A stretch of DNA of 64,000 nt, from contig DDWV01000001.1 in NCBI GenBank assembly GCA_002347045.1, positions 355,844 through 419,843 of the forward strand, in the 5' to 3' direction. This DNA comes from Candidatus Collierbacteria bacterium UBA2277. Its GTDB lineage: Bacteria > Patescibacteriota > Microgenomatia > UBA1400 > MFAQ01. How positions within the stretch are numbered: position 1 is the first letter of the stretch; each line of letters begins with the position of its first letter. The position numbers and the translations under genes were made by a program. This document shows positions 9,851 to 19,587 of this stretch, in pieces. The notes beneath the pieces were generated by a model. That model did no database searches. It was not told the DNA's origin and saw nothing but the letters and a program-made list of their open reading frames with translations.

Positions 9851-10711
9851 TTAATCTTTTCTGTGACGAAAATACAGTAGAGAGCCAGATAAGGTGGCTA
9901 TAAAAAGGCCTAAAAAGAAAATGTTTTTGGAGTTTGATAATCGTGGAGTCTTTGATGGAGTGGCGATATCGGCTTCCTCGAGATTTACTTCAAAATCATA
10001 AGTATCGGCTGAGTCACTGGCTGAGAGTACGCTTGATTGAGTTGACTGCTTATCCATGGTAGTCATTGAGGAAGATTTTGTGGCTATGGGCGTGGGAGTC
10101 TTTTTGAGAGTTGGAGTTGGTGTAGGAGTGGGGGTTATATTTGGAGTTTGGGTTACTAGTGCTGGAGTTGGAGTTGGTGTAGGAGTGGGGGTTATATTTG
10201 GAGTTTGGGTTACTGAGATCTCTTGAGTTGGGGATAGTGTCTGAGCTACTGTTGGTGTTGGTTCGGAAAGAATGATGTTGAGCATGTTTGATTCTCCAGC
10301 ATAAGATGTTGACTCTCCTGTAAAACGTTTGAGCCTTACTGTGTACTCGCCGGGGCCTTTGTAATCTGAGTCTTCCGGGTCAGAGTTGAATATTATTTGA
10401 GTAACTACGTCATTGTTTAACTTGATAAAGTTTTCAGAAATATATTCTTTTTCTGGTGACGATATATAGCTGAACCATTCCCCTTTTGAGCTCCATGTTT
10501 TTCCAAAGTATCTTGTAACTTCAGGTGCCGTGAGTGCTACTTGGACGAAACATGCCGATGAGGATGACACACCAGAAACCACTGCATCCAGGGAGTAGTA
10601 ACTCTCGTGTTGGGTAATATTGGAAATTTGAAGCGAAATTGCGGCGAGTATTTCCTGAGGCAACAAAAAGAAATAAAGGCAGGTTGTAAGTATTAGTGAA
10701 AGATTTTTCAC
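9851..10711 (-). CDS. secreted protein with Pro/Thr tandem repeats and C-terminal TM anchor
   Basis: 286 aa. Signal peptide. Two tandem 19-aa repeats VTQTPNITPTPTPTPTP(A)L. C-terminal hydrophobic segment plus RHRKD. Confidence 0.55.
   Translation of the reverse strand: MKNLSLILTTCLYFFLLPQEILAAISLQISNITQHESYYSLDAVVSGVSSSSACFVQVALTAPEVTRYFGKTWSSKGEWFSYISSPEKEYISENFIKLNNDVVTQIIFNSDPEDSDYKGPGEYTVRLKRFTGESTSYAGESNMLNIILSEPTPTVAQTLSPTQEISVTQTPNITPTPTPTPTPALVTQTPNITPTPTPTPTLKKTPTPIATKSSSMTTMDKQSTQSSVLSASDSADTYDFEVNLEEADIATPSKTPRLSNSKNIFFLGLFIATLSGSLLYFRHRKD
10108..10221. repeat. tandem direct repeat, 57-bp period x2, inside the 9851..10711 CDS
   Basis: ttggagttggtgtaggagtgggggttatatttggagtttgggttact occurs at 10111-10157 and again at 10168-10214. 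It encodes the PT-rich repeats. Confidence 0.8.
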
Positions 10712-10744
10712 TAATGATAATAATATCCTTTTTAAATCTTAATA

Positions 10745-11953
10745 TCAAAAACTAACTAATCTGAGGCTATTTATGTCTGACAGGCTGTATTTCTCACTGA
10801 AGTCACGATTGTTACCATTTTCAAGGAAGGGGTCGTGCATGATGTATTTGTCTCCTTCTTTTTTGACAATTACGATAAAGTGATCAGGTCCTCCATATAC
10901 ACCGGCGATTACAGACCTACCAGCGTTTAGTTCTGAGTCTAAATTACTTTTTGAAACGGCTGTAATCGTGACATTTATACCATTGACACTGAAAGAGTGA
11001 CGTAGCCAACCATTTCCCGGAACAAATGCACTAGATACAGCAGCAATATCCCCTGGCTTGATATCTTTCCCGGCATGACTGGCCATCATGGACACAGAAC
11101 TTACTAAACAGCCATACTCAGCTACTGAGTAAGATGAACCACCTAGTCCCATGTTCCCCCATTGAGAGTCTCTTTGGTTGTAGTAGCAACCCCAACTGTC
11201 ACACTTGGTCTGATTTGAGAGTATCGAAGCACCACCCTGACTGGCAACGTATCTTCTTAGAGCGGCTAGATTTGCTTTGGCATCGCTAAGCATTTTTTGG
11301 AACTTCTTTTCATCATTTTGGGTGAGTGTGAGAAGGTCTTTCTTTTCGGCTTGTTGGGCGTCAATTACTCTTTTCTGGGCAATAAGTTTTGCTTTTAATT
11401 CCTCGACTTCTTGCTGTTTTTCGACTTTATCCTGCTTTCTCTGGTCGTAGTCGTTTCTGGCTTTCTCAAGCTCAGCGAGAATTAACTGATCTTTTGTTTT
11501 TAGAGTATTTAGATATTTTAGCTTTGTGTAGTAGTCTCCTATGGAGTCTGATGAAAAAATGAGATCTACCGGCGTGGCACGAGACCGACGATAACTTTCC
11601 CTTACACGGCTAGTATAAATTGTTTCCAGTTGGCCCAAGGAATCGTTGACAGTGTCCAGTACTCCTCCCAATACATCGACTTCTTTTTCGAGCTGATTTA
11701 TTTGAACTTGAGTCTGATTTATCTGACCCTGAGCTAGGTTTATTTTTGAGTTTAGGGTGGTGATGGTTTGCTTAAGAGACAACTGCTCTCCCTGAAGAGA
11801 AGTAATTTTTTGACTGCAACTGTCGATATATTGTTGAATCTCCGCTTCTTTTCCGACTCCAGAAGGCGGTGTGCCTTCACACTCGACAGCATTTACAGGA
11901 TTAATCCATAAAAAGAATAGAAGAATTACAAAAACTAAGAGTAGTTTTTTCAT
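10745..11953 (-). CDS. PcsB/EnvC-like secreted coiled-coil protein with C-terminal C39-like (papain-fold) cysteine peptidase domain; putative FtsEX-controlled peptidoglycan hydrolase
   Basis: 402 aa. Signal peptide. About 200 aa of heptad-rich, Q/E/K/L-rich sequence. C-terminal domain carries a Q...C (YYNQRDSQWG..YSVAEYGCLVSSV) and H/D (DHFIVIV..YIMHDP) catalytic arrangement. Immediately downstream of ftsX. Confidence 0.6.
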   Translation of the reverse strand: MKKLLLVFVILLFFLWINPVNAVECEGTPPSGVGKEAEIQQYIDSCSQKITSLQGEQLSLKQTITTLNSKINLAQGQINQTQVQINQLEKEVDVLGGVLDTVNDSLGQLETIYTSRVRESYRRSRATPVDLIFSSDSIGDYYTKLKYLNTLKTKDQLILAELEKARNDYDQRKQDKVEKQQEVEELKAKLIAQKRVIDAQQAEKKDLLTLTQNDEKKFQKMLSDAKANLAALRRYVASQGGASILSNQTKCDSWGCYYNQRDSQWGNMGLGGSSYSVAEYGCLVSSVSMMASHAGKDIKPGDIAAVSSAFVPGNGWLRHSFSVNGINVTITAVSKSNLDSELNAGRSVIAGVYGGPDHFIVIVKKEGDKYIMHDPFLENGNNRDFSEKYSLSDINSLRLVSF

Positions 11954-12855
11954 TTTGATCGCTTAACAAACCTTGAAGTGGCAAAGAGACTAGAGAAAAA
12001 GGAGATAATCAAACCGAAAGTAATCAAGGAACCAAAAAGTATTAAGTAGACTGTGTAGTGAACTGGGAACGAGATGATGCTTCCGATTCTTGGAGCTAAG
12101 AATGGAGTGGAGTATAAAAGTACAATGAAACAGCCTAACCAGCCGATAATTGAACCTGATAAGCCGTAAATAACTGATTCTTGAAGGTATGGCTTGATAA
12201 TATATAAGTTTTTGGCACCCATAAGCTTAAAAGTTCTGATCTCGAAACGACGAGAGGAAATCTTCATGGAGATGATCGTCATGATAGTAAGAATGGCTAC
12301 AATAGTAAGGGCGATTACGAGAACAAGACCACCCATACGAATAGCGTTGGTCCACTTTGTGAGTTCGGCGACCACGTCTTGCGGATAATCAATCTCTTTT
12401 TTTCCTTGGGGAGTAATGCTGATCAGGTCACTGGCTTCAAGAGTTTTGGAGATATTGTCAAAAGACTCAGGGCTCTGGGCAGTAATCTCTACACTTGCCG
12501 GAAGAATATCAGCGGTGACTATTCCCCAGTCTGTGACAGTACCCAGAAGAACTGGATCGTTACCGACGCTCTTCTTGTATAGTTCAAGAGCATCTTCTTT
12601 GCTGATATAAATTGCTTTTTTTACACCTGTCGTAGCGCTAAGACTACTTAGAAGGCCTCCAACTTGTTCTGTCGTGTGACCGTCTTTGAGATAGGCAATT
12701 ATCTGTGGCTTTGTTTCAAAATTGTTAAGGATGATTTGAGAGGCAAAAGTAACGAGGGCAAAAATACCGACAATAAAGATAGTAAGACTAACAATAAAAA
12801 TGGCAGAGATCGCTTGATATGGTGAACGACGGATATTTTTTAGGGCAGTAATCAT
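11950..12855 (-). CDS. ftsX: cell division ABC transporter permease FtsX
   Basis: 301 aa. 4 TM with a large extracytoplasmic loop. Overlaps ftsE by 4 nt. Confidence 0.8.
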   Translation of the reverse strand: MITALKNIRRSPYQAISAIFIVSLTIFIVGIFALVTFASQIILNNFETKPQIIAYLKDGHTTEQVGGLLSSLSATTGVKKAIYISKEDALELYKKSVGNDPVLLGTVTDWGIVTADILPASVEITAQSPESFDNISKTLEASDLISITPQGKKEIDYPQDVVAELTKWTNAIRMGGLVLVIALTIVAILTIMTIISMKISSRRFEIRTFKLMGAKNLYIIKPYLQESVIYGLSGSIIGWLGCFIVLLYSTPFLAPRIGSIISFPVHYTVYLILFGSLITFGLIISFFSSLFATSRFVKRSK

Positions 12856-13595
12856 GCTATTTTTTTATCTTCATTAGTATCTTCTTTTTCATCATTTTTG
12901 TCTTTTCTCTTTGAGTCCTTTTTGCTTTCTGTGAAGTCTTCTTCTTTGACTATCTTACCTTTTTCGAGATGAATGTGACGGCCGATATTTAGACCTATTA
13001 GTGTAACGTCGTGTGTCGCCATGATCACTGTCGTTCCATCGGAGTTTATTTTTTGGAGCAGATCAAAGATCTCAACTGAAGTATCTTTATCAAGATTTCC
13101 TGTGGGTTCATCTGCAAACAGGATTGGCGGGTCCCCGGCTATGGATCGGGCAATAGAGGCTCGCTGAAGTTCACCACCTGAAAGTTGTCCTGGAAAAAGA
13201 TCTTCTTTCCCAGAAAGACCGACTAAATCAAGAATGTGTTTTACCTTTGTAGGAATTTTTTTGGAATCGTAGCCTGCAACCTCAAGAGCAACAACGATGT
13301 TTTCACCTACAGTTTTGTCGGGAATAATTCTAAAATCTTGAAAAGCAAAACCAATTTTTCGCCTTAAAAGTGGAATATTTTGAGGTTTTATTTTGTTTAG
13401 ATCTTCTCCGTCAACTACAATCCTGCCTTTGTTTGGAACCAGGTCTCTAAGAAGCAAACGGCCAATTGTGGTTTTGCCAGCTCCGGATTTACCAGTAATA
13501 ATTACAAAGTCACCTGGTGAAACTGAAAAGTCGATATCATCTAAGACAATGTCTCCATTTGGATACGACTTTGATATGTGAATAAAATCAATCAC
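12852..13595 (-). CDS. ftsE: cell division ATP-binding protein FtsE
   Basis: 247 aa. Walker A GKSGAGKTT, ABC signature LSGGELQR, Walker B ILFADEPTGNLD. Confidence 0.85.
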   Translation of the reverse strand: MIDFIHISKSYPNGDIVLDDIDFSVSPGDFVIITGKSGAGKTTIGRLLLRDLVPNKGRIVVDGEDLNKIKPQNIPLLRRKIGFAFQDFRIIPDKTVGENIVVALEVAGYDSKKIPTKVKHILDLVGLSGKEDLFPGQLSGGELQRASIARSIAGDPPILFADEPTGNLDKDTSVEIFDLLQKINSDGTTVIMATHDVTLIGLNIGRHIHLEKGKIVKEEDFTESKKDSKRKDKNDEKEDTNEDKKIA

Positions 13596-13657
13596 AGTTT
13601 TTTAATTATTTTTTATGATCCCTTTGTTGGGGTTCAAACAAGAGGATGCTAAGTACA

Positions 13658-14200
13658 TCATTCTGGTAATGGTGCGTTGAGTGCTTCAACTTTAGCGCGA
13701 CCTACATCCATGAGCCAACCAACTTTTTGACCTTTGAATGTTTCACCCCAGATAGTCACTTGATTACCAACAAGAGCATCAAGGTCGATAGTGGAGCTAG
13801 TGAGATAGACTGTCTGTGACACTCCCCCAACTCGAAGAAGCTTGTGCGTACCTTCGCCATTGAACCCTCCTTTGTCTAATACTCCTGTTGCGGGGTCTTT
13901 GAAACTCTTTTCGTCCGGAGATCCAAAAATGTCACCAACCTTTACTCCGGTCTCTGGCACATCGGCTTGGATTCCGGAAAGTTCTGGGGATACTATGGTT
14001 CCAGAGTTCATTGCTTTGAGTCTAGCTCCTGAGTAAAAACCAGCAGCAGTTACGACGATAAAGGCAATGATAACGGGGATAATGCTTTTGTTTTTCATTT
14101 TTGGTGGAGTCTCAGCCGTAAACGAAGGCGGAGTTGTGACAGAGTTGGTAATAGGGGCTACTGACTCAGCCTTGTCGAGGTCGATCATTTTTATATCCAT
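13658..14200 (-). CDS. hypothetical membrane-anchored extracytoplasmic protein
   Basis: 180 aa. Single TM near residues 38-60. Upstream of ftsE in the same orientation. Confidence 0.45.
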   Translation of the reverse strand: MDIKMIDLDKAESVAPITNSVTTPPSFTAETPPKMKNKSIIPVIIAFIVVTAAGFYSGARLKAMNSGTIVSPELSGIQADVPETGVKVGDIFGSPDEKSFKDPATGVLDKGGFNGEGTHKLLRVGGVSQTVYLTSSTIDLDALVGNQVTIWGETFKGQKVGWLMDVGRAKVEALNAPLPE

Positions 14201-14211
14201 GACTTAGTTTA

Positions 14212-15321
14212 TCAAATTTGTCGACCGGGAGCGAAGAATCTTAACTCTTCTTCGATAAAAGAATCGATGTCCCCGTCAAGAACAGCGTCTGGGTTGTTTG
14301 ATTCGTGCTCAGTGCGCAGGTCTTTTACCAATTTATAAGGATGAAGGATATATGACCTAATTTGGTGCCCCCAACTGGCTTGAGTTTTTTCGCCTCTCAC
14401 TGCTTCAATTTCACTTTGCCTTTTTTCTTCTTGAAGTTCCCAAAGCTTTGAGCGAAGCATATCCATGGCAATTTTTCTGTTTTGAACTTGGTAACGTTGA
14501 GTTTGACACTCAACCACAATACCTGTTGGAATGTGCTTTATTCGCACGGCCGTACTAACCTTGTTTACATTTTGTCCACCTGCGCCACCTGAACGACTGG
14601 CAGAAAATTCGATGTCCTCATCTGGAATTTTGATATCAGCATCCTCGGGAAGGACTGGAGTTACCTCAACTCCAGCAAAGGAAGTTTGTCTTAGTTTGTC
14701 TGCATTAAAGGGTGATAGACGAACAAGACGATGTGTTCCTTTTTCATTCTTAAGGAAACCATAAGCAAAACGGGCATGTACCATATAAGTAACGGTCTTG
14801 ATGCCGACTTCTTCTCCTGGAGAGTACTCAACAGTCTCATAGTTCCAGCCTTTTTTATCGAAGTACCTTGTGTACATACGAGAAAGCATACTGGCCCAGT
14901 CCATAGCTTCAGTACCACCCTGACCTGCTCTGATTGCAAAAATTGCTTCGGAAACGTCGTATTTGCCAGATAGGTAAGTTACGAGTTCGACTTTGGCAAT
15001 GTGCTTTTCCAAGGTTTCTTTGAGAATCATTATGTCTTCATCAAAGGAATCGTCTTCACTATCTGTTGCCATCTGAAGGAGTTCTTCTAGGTTTTCAAGT
15101 TCTTTTGAAAGATTGTTTACAGAGGAAATTAAATCTCGAATCTCTGCTAAGCTAGACATAACTCTTTTGGCGTTTGATTCATCCTGCCAAAGAGTAGGTT
15201 CACTAGACTCTATCTCGAGTTTGTTCTTTTCTTCTTCAAGAGCAAAGACGTTGATTTTGCTTCGGAGATCGTCAATTCTACGTTTTAGATCAGTTAGATT
15301 CAGCTGTGTTTCAGATATCAT
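14212..15321 (-). CDS. prfB: peptide chain release factor 2
   Basis: 369 aa. SPF tripeptide motif (RLSPFN) and GGQ ([11 protein letters not shown]). Single uninterrupted ORF with no +1 frameshift site. Confidence 0.9.
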   Translation of the reverse strand: MISETQLNLTDLKRRIDDLRSKINVFALEEEKNKLEIESSEPTLWQDESNAKRVMSSLAEIRDLISSVNNLSKELENLEELLQMATDSEDDSFDEDIMILKETLEKHIAKVELVTYLSGKYDVSEAIFAIRAGQGGTEAMDWASMLSRMYTRYFDKKGWNYETVEYSPGEEVGIKTVTYMVHARFAYGFLKNEKGTHRLVRLSPFNADKLRQTSFAGVEVTPVLPEDADIKIPDEDIEFSASRSGGAGGQNVNKVSTAVRIKHIPTGIVVECQTQRYQVQNRKIAMDMLRSKLWELQEEKRQSEIEAVRGEKTQASWGHQIRSYILHPYKLVKDLRTEHESNNPDAVLDGDIDSFIEEELRFFAPGRQI

Positions 15322-15392
15322 TGTCTTTATTTTACAGCTTTGTTGTCGTTATACTAAAGGTATATAATCTTTTGGTTGGTAAATTTTGAAAC

Positions 15393-16421
15393 ATGAAGAT
15401 AATAAAAAGATTTTGGTGGTTATTCTTAATCGGATTTCTTGTTGGTGGTTTTTTTGTGTGGAAATCGAGCCAGAAAAAAGCTGAAAGTGCAAAAATAAAG
15501 ACGTTTACAGTAGTTAGAGAAGACTTGGTTGATTCATTGGGGCTCTCTGGAGAGATAGATGCTGGAGAAAAAGTATCTTTGCGATTCCAGACATCAGGTC
15601 TTTTAGCTTGGGTAGGAGTAAAAGAAGGTGATAGTGTGAAGAAATATCAAACCCTTGCTTCATTGGACAAGAGAGATCTTCAAAACAGAATGAGTCAGCT
15701 TCTAAATTCATACTCGAAAACAAGATGGGACTTTGAGCAGGCTCAAGATGACAATAAAGACTGGGAAACAGCAGGTATGACAGATGAAGCAAGAACTGCA
15801 GTAAAAAGAACTCTTGATAAATACCAGTTTGACTTAAACTATTCCGTGTTATCCGTAGAGTCTCAAGATTTATCACTAAAATTTGCGAACTTATGGACTC
15901 CTATTGAAGGACTTGTTACAAAAGTTGATGCGCCTTTGGCTGGACAAAACATAACTCCTGCAACAGCTACATTTGAAGTAATCAATCCAGAAACGATATA
16001 TTTTTCGGCTACAGCAGATCAAACAGAAGTGGTGAAGTTTAAAATTGGCCAAAAAGGCATTTTGGTTCTAGACTCGTACGATGAAAGAGAAATTCAGGGA
16101 ACTGTGACTTCCATCGCATTCACACCAAAGGCAGGAGAAACTGGAACAGTTTATGAAATAAAAATTGCCCTTGATCTTTCAAACTCTGATTATGCTATTA
16201 GAATGGGAATGACTGGGGACGTTGATTTTGTATTTAAAGAGATTAAAGACGTGTTAGTAGTTCCAAGTTCATATATTAAGACTGAAAAAGGCGAGTCTTA
16301 CGTTTATAAAGCAGTAGGAAAAGAAAAACAAAAAACGGCCGTAAAAGTTGGAGAGACAGTCGACGGCAATTCAGAAATTGTTTCTGGCCTAAATGAAAAA
16401 GATGTTATCTACAGTAATTAG
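15393..16421 (+). CDS. HlyD/MacA-family periplasmic adaptor subunit
   Basis: 342 aa. N-terminal TM. Coiled-coil and beta-barrel pattern. Upstream of the ABC ATPase and permease. Confidence 0.7.
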   Translation: MKIIKRFWWLFLIGFLVGGFFVWKSSQKKAESAKIKTFTVVREDLVDSLGLSGEIDAGEKVSLRFQTSGLLAWVGVKEGDSVKKYQTLASLDKRDLQNRMSQLLNSYSKTRWDFEQAQDDNKDWETAGMTDEARTAVKRTLDKYQFDLNYSVLSVESQDLSLKFANLWTPIEGLVTKVDAPLAGQNITPATATFEVINPETIYFSATADQTEVVKFKIGQKGILVLDSYDEREIQGTVTSIAFTPKAGETGTVYEIKIALDLSNSDYAIRMGMTGDVDFVFKEIKDVLVVPSSYIKTEKGESYVYKAVGKEKQKTAVKVGETVDGNSEIVSGLNEKDVIYSN

Positions 16422-17082
16422 CCTAAAGGATGTTTCCAAGAAGTACATAATGGGAGGAGATACAGTTTTTTATGCCTTAAAAAACGTAAACCTAGAAATA
16501 AAAGAGGGAGAGTATGCAGCTATTGTTGGTCCATCTGGAAGCGGAAAGTCGACTCTGATGCACATTATTGGCTTGCTAGACAAACCAACCGACGGCAAAG
16601 TAATAATAGGTAATAAAGATATATCAAGCTTAGATGATGATGCTACTTCTACTCTTAGGTCAGAGTTCGTTGGTTTTGTTTTCCAGCAGTTTAATTTATT
16701 AAACAAACTAACCATCAAGGAAAATATTCTTCTTCCCATAGGTTATGCAAGAAAAAAGTTTGACTACAACCCTGAAGAAAGAGCGGAGTACCTAATGGAA
16801 AGATTTGGAATACTCGACAAAAAAGACTCCTTCCCAAATAAGATTTCTGGAGGTCAGCAACAAAGAGTGGCTATCGCCCGCTCTTTGATCATGAAACCAA
16901 AGTTGATATTGGCAGACGAACCAACTGGAAATCTAGATACGAAAACCGGAAATGAGATTATGGAACTTTTTGGAGAACTAAATAAAGAGGGAATAACTAT
17001 TTTGGTCGTTACCCATGAGCCAGACATTGCAGAGAGGACTAGAAGACAAATTAAGATCAAAGATGGGGAGGTGGTTAAATGA
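16393..17082 (+). CDS. ABC transporter ATP-binding protein (MacB/LolD-like)
   Basis: 229 aa. [37 protein letters not shown]. Confidence 0.9.
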   Translation: MKKMLSTVISLKDVSKKYIMGGDTVFYALKNVNLEIKEGEYAAIVGPSGSGKSTLMHIIGLLDKPTDGKVIIGNKDISSLDDDATSTLRSEFVGFVFQQFNLLNKLTIKENILLPIGYARKKFDYNPEERAEYLMERFGILDKKDSFPNKISGGQQQRVAIARSLIMKPKLILADEPTGNLDTKTGNEIMELFGELNKEGITILVVTHEPDIAERTRRQIKIKDGEVVK

Positions 17083-18290
17083 CATATCTTGGATCAATAC
17101 TTAAGTCTGCAATCACAGACTTTGGAAAAAATAAGGGGAGAACTTTTTTGACATCACTTGGAATCTTGATTGGAGTTATGTCTGTAGTTTTACTGATGGC
17201 TGCAGGCGCAGGACTAAAAGTATATATCTCACAGCAGTTTGAAAGCATGGGATCGAATCTACTGTATGTAATGCCGGGAAATATGTTTGGCGAAGGCGGT
17301 TCTGGTTTGTCTGGCGCTGATGGCGGAATGGCTCCTTTGTTTGTGGAAAAAGATATTGTCACGTTAAAAAGACTCAAAGGAGCGGAGTACGTGATCCCCT
17401 ACTATCAAAAAACTGTTAAGGCTTCGTATGTAGGAACTACAAAATATGCGACACTCAATGGCACCTCTGAAGACGCTTTTCCTGGAAATAATTTTATCGC
17501 GGAGTATGGAACGGTCTTTTCTTCGGCCGACAACTCCGCAAAAAACAAAGTTGCTGTGATTGGATCCAACCTTGCCGAAAAATTATTTAAGGATGGATCT
17601 TTGGCTATAGGGAAAAAGATCCGAATTGATGATCAGTTGTTTAGAGTAATCGGAGTTCTTGAGTCAAAAGGAGGTGGTGGGTTGGGTGGGCCAAGTTTTG
17701 ACGACTACATCTTTATTCCCTACAAAACAGCATATATCTTTAATACGGATAAAAAATTTATTCAGATTACTGTAAAAGCTAAAACTGAAGAAGATCTTCC
17801 TGTTCTCAAGGAGGAGATAATGACCGAGTTAAAGAAGAGAATTAAAACTGATGAATTTTCTGTTGTGGAGTCAACAGAGATTTTAAATACTATTGGGTCG
17901 ATCTTTAGCATTTTGAATATTGTCCTAGTTGCTATAGCCGCGATCTCTTTGGTAGTAGGTGGTATAGGAATTTTAAATATCATGTATGTAACGGTGAGTG
18001 AGCGAATAAAAGAAATTGGTGTTCGAAGAGCTCTAGGAGCTAGGAGAAATGATATCTTGTGGCAGTTTTTGGCAGAAGCTGTTGTACTTTCAGTGTTCGG
18101 TGGAGCAATGGGGCTAGGATTATCGGCAACTGTAGTTTTGTTTTTACGAAGTTTTTTCCCTGCATATATATCTTGGCAATCAATTGCATTGGCTTTAGGA
18201 ACTTCGTCGGTGATTGGAGTTGTGTTTGGAGTGTTTCCGGCAAAGAAAGCGGCTGACCTGTCTCCGATTGATGCTATTAGATATGAATAG
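17079..18290 (+). CDS. ABC transporter permease, FtsX/MacB-type
   Basis: 403 aa. TM1, large periplasmic domain, then three C-terminal TMs. Ends ...DLSPIDAIRYE. Confidence 0.85.
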   Translation: MTYLGSILKSAITDFGKNKGRTFLTSLGILIGVMSVVLLMAAGAGLKVYISQQFESMGSNLLYVMPGNMFGEGGSGLSGADGGMAPLFVEKDIVTLKRLKGAEYVIPYYQKTVKASYVGTTKYATLNGTSEDAFPGNNFIAEYGTVFSSADNSAKNKVAVIGSNLAEKLFKDGSLAIGKKIRIDDQLFRVIGVLESKGGGGLGGPSFDDYIFIPYKTAYIFNTDKKFIQITVKAKTEEDLPVLKEEIMTELKKRIKTDEFSVVESTEILNTIGSIFSILNIVLVAIAAISLVVGGIGILNIMYVTVSERIKEIGVRRALGARRNDILWQFLAEAVVLSVFGGAMGLGLSATVVLFLRSFFPAYISWQSIALALGTSSVIGVVFGVFPAKKAADLSPIDAIRYE

Positions 18291-18305
18291 GATATAATCC
18301 GAGTC

Positions 18306-18770
18306 ATGAACTGCGAACGATTTGGAAGTATTGAGTTTGATGATGTATTTTTGTACCCAAAAAACTTTAAGGACAAAGTCCTCTTTCAAAATATTCACTG
18401 TGAGTTTTCACCAGTTGGATGGACAGTAATTGATGATAATTTTTACCCACTTGGTTATAAAGTAGTAACCGGAGACTTAAAGTCCTTGGGGCTTAGGAAA
18501 AATCCAAATATTATGGAGTTTCCTACTGGACAATGGGTGAGATTGCCAGAGAACTTGACTGTTCCTGGAGACTCGGACTTTGGCGGTATTTGGTCTGCTC
18601 TGAGAAAAAGTAGCATCAAAAAACTTCAAAAGCATTGCTTGGAGACCCATGGTGTAGAGACAAGAGCTTTTCTTGTGGCCATAGACAACCCGATGTATGC
18701 AAATAGCTACAGAATTAAGTCTCAGGGAGTAATGCTGCTTGAAGAGGTTTTTAGCTCAGTAAACTCCTAA
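18306..18770 (+). CDS. hypothetical protein
   Basis: 154-aa ORF following the ABC permease. No recognisable motif. Confidence 0.4.
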   Translation: MNCERFGSIEFDDVFLYPKNFKDKVLFQNIHCEFSPVGWTVIDDNFYPLGYKVVTGDLKSLGLRKNPNIMEFPTGQWVRLPENLTVPGDSDFGGIWSALRKSSIKKLQKHCLETHGVETRAFLVAIDNPMYANSYRIKSQGVMLLEEVFSSVNS

Positions 18771-19587
18771 CTAAAGAGATGTTTTTCGCATCACAACCAG
18801 ATCGATTGTCCCCTGGTACTTCAAGTATTAGAGGAAGTGAAGAAAGACTGGGGTGATTTATCAAGTTTTTTAGACCTTCTAGCCCTATCTCTCCTTCCCC
18901 TATGTTGGCATGCATATCTTTATGAGAGCCTAGTTTTGTAGCGGAGTCGTTGAGATGAAGGCAAACAAGTTTGTCTGTAAGTTTAAGATTGTCTAGTGTT
19001 TGTAAAAAATTTTTGAGTTGCTTAGCATCTCTAATATCAACACCTGACTCAAATAGATGAGCTGAGTCAAGACACATCTTGACCCTGGGGTTGGCTATCT
19101 TTTTTATCAAGAAACTAATTTCTTCGGGGGAGCCGATTTTTCCATTTTGACCAGCATCATTTTCGAGAATTAGATCACAGTTTTTTGTACTTGCCAGAAC
19201 TCTTTCAATTACAGCAACTAACTGATCTTTAACCGATTCAAAACCTGTACCCATGTGAGAACCAATATGAACTATTACACCGGCGGAGTTTATTCTTGCA
19301 CCGTTTTGCATGTCCATGACCAGCGAGTCAATAGACTTAGTTAGGATATCTTCTTTTTGTGAGGCAAGGTTTACAAGATACAAGGCGTGAATGAATATGG
19401 GAGAGATATTTTCTTTTTTTGTCTCTTTTATGAAGCCTTGCACTTGGTCTTCTGGAAAGGGCTTCCTGAACCAAAGCCTTGGAGAACCAGCAAATATTTG
19501 CATACAGTTTCCTCCAATTTTGAGAGTATTTGTGACAGAGTTGAGAAGGCTTCCGGCCATCGATACGTGACCACCTATTCGCCTCAT
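18751..19587 (-). CDS. nfo: endonuclease IV (deoxyribonuclease IV, TIM-barrel AP endonuclease)
   Basis: 278 aa. N-terminus GGHVSMAG...CMQIF matches the Nfo pattern (GAHVSAAGG...). Metal-binding His/Asp/Glu spacing. Confidence 0.75.
   Translation of the reverse strand: MRRIGGHVSMAGSLLNSVTNTLKIGGNCMQIFAGSPRLWFRKPFPEDQVQGFIKETKKENISPIFIHALYLVNLASQKEDILTKSIDSLVMDMQNGARINSAGVIVHIGSHMGTGFESVKDQLVAVIERVLASTKNCDLILENDAGQNGKIGSPEEISFLIKKIANPRVKMCLDSAHLFESGVDIRDAKQLKNFLQTLDNLKLTDKLVCLHLNDSATKLGSHKDMHANIGEGEIGLEGLKNLINHPSLSSLPLILEVPGDNRSGCDAKNISLVRSLLS

Noticed and set aside
14212-15321. Possible split prfB due to a programmed frameshift
   Set aside because: The ORF is continuous from Met to stop with SPF and GGQ motifs, so no frameshift needs to be invoked.
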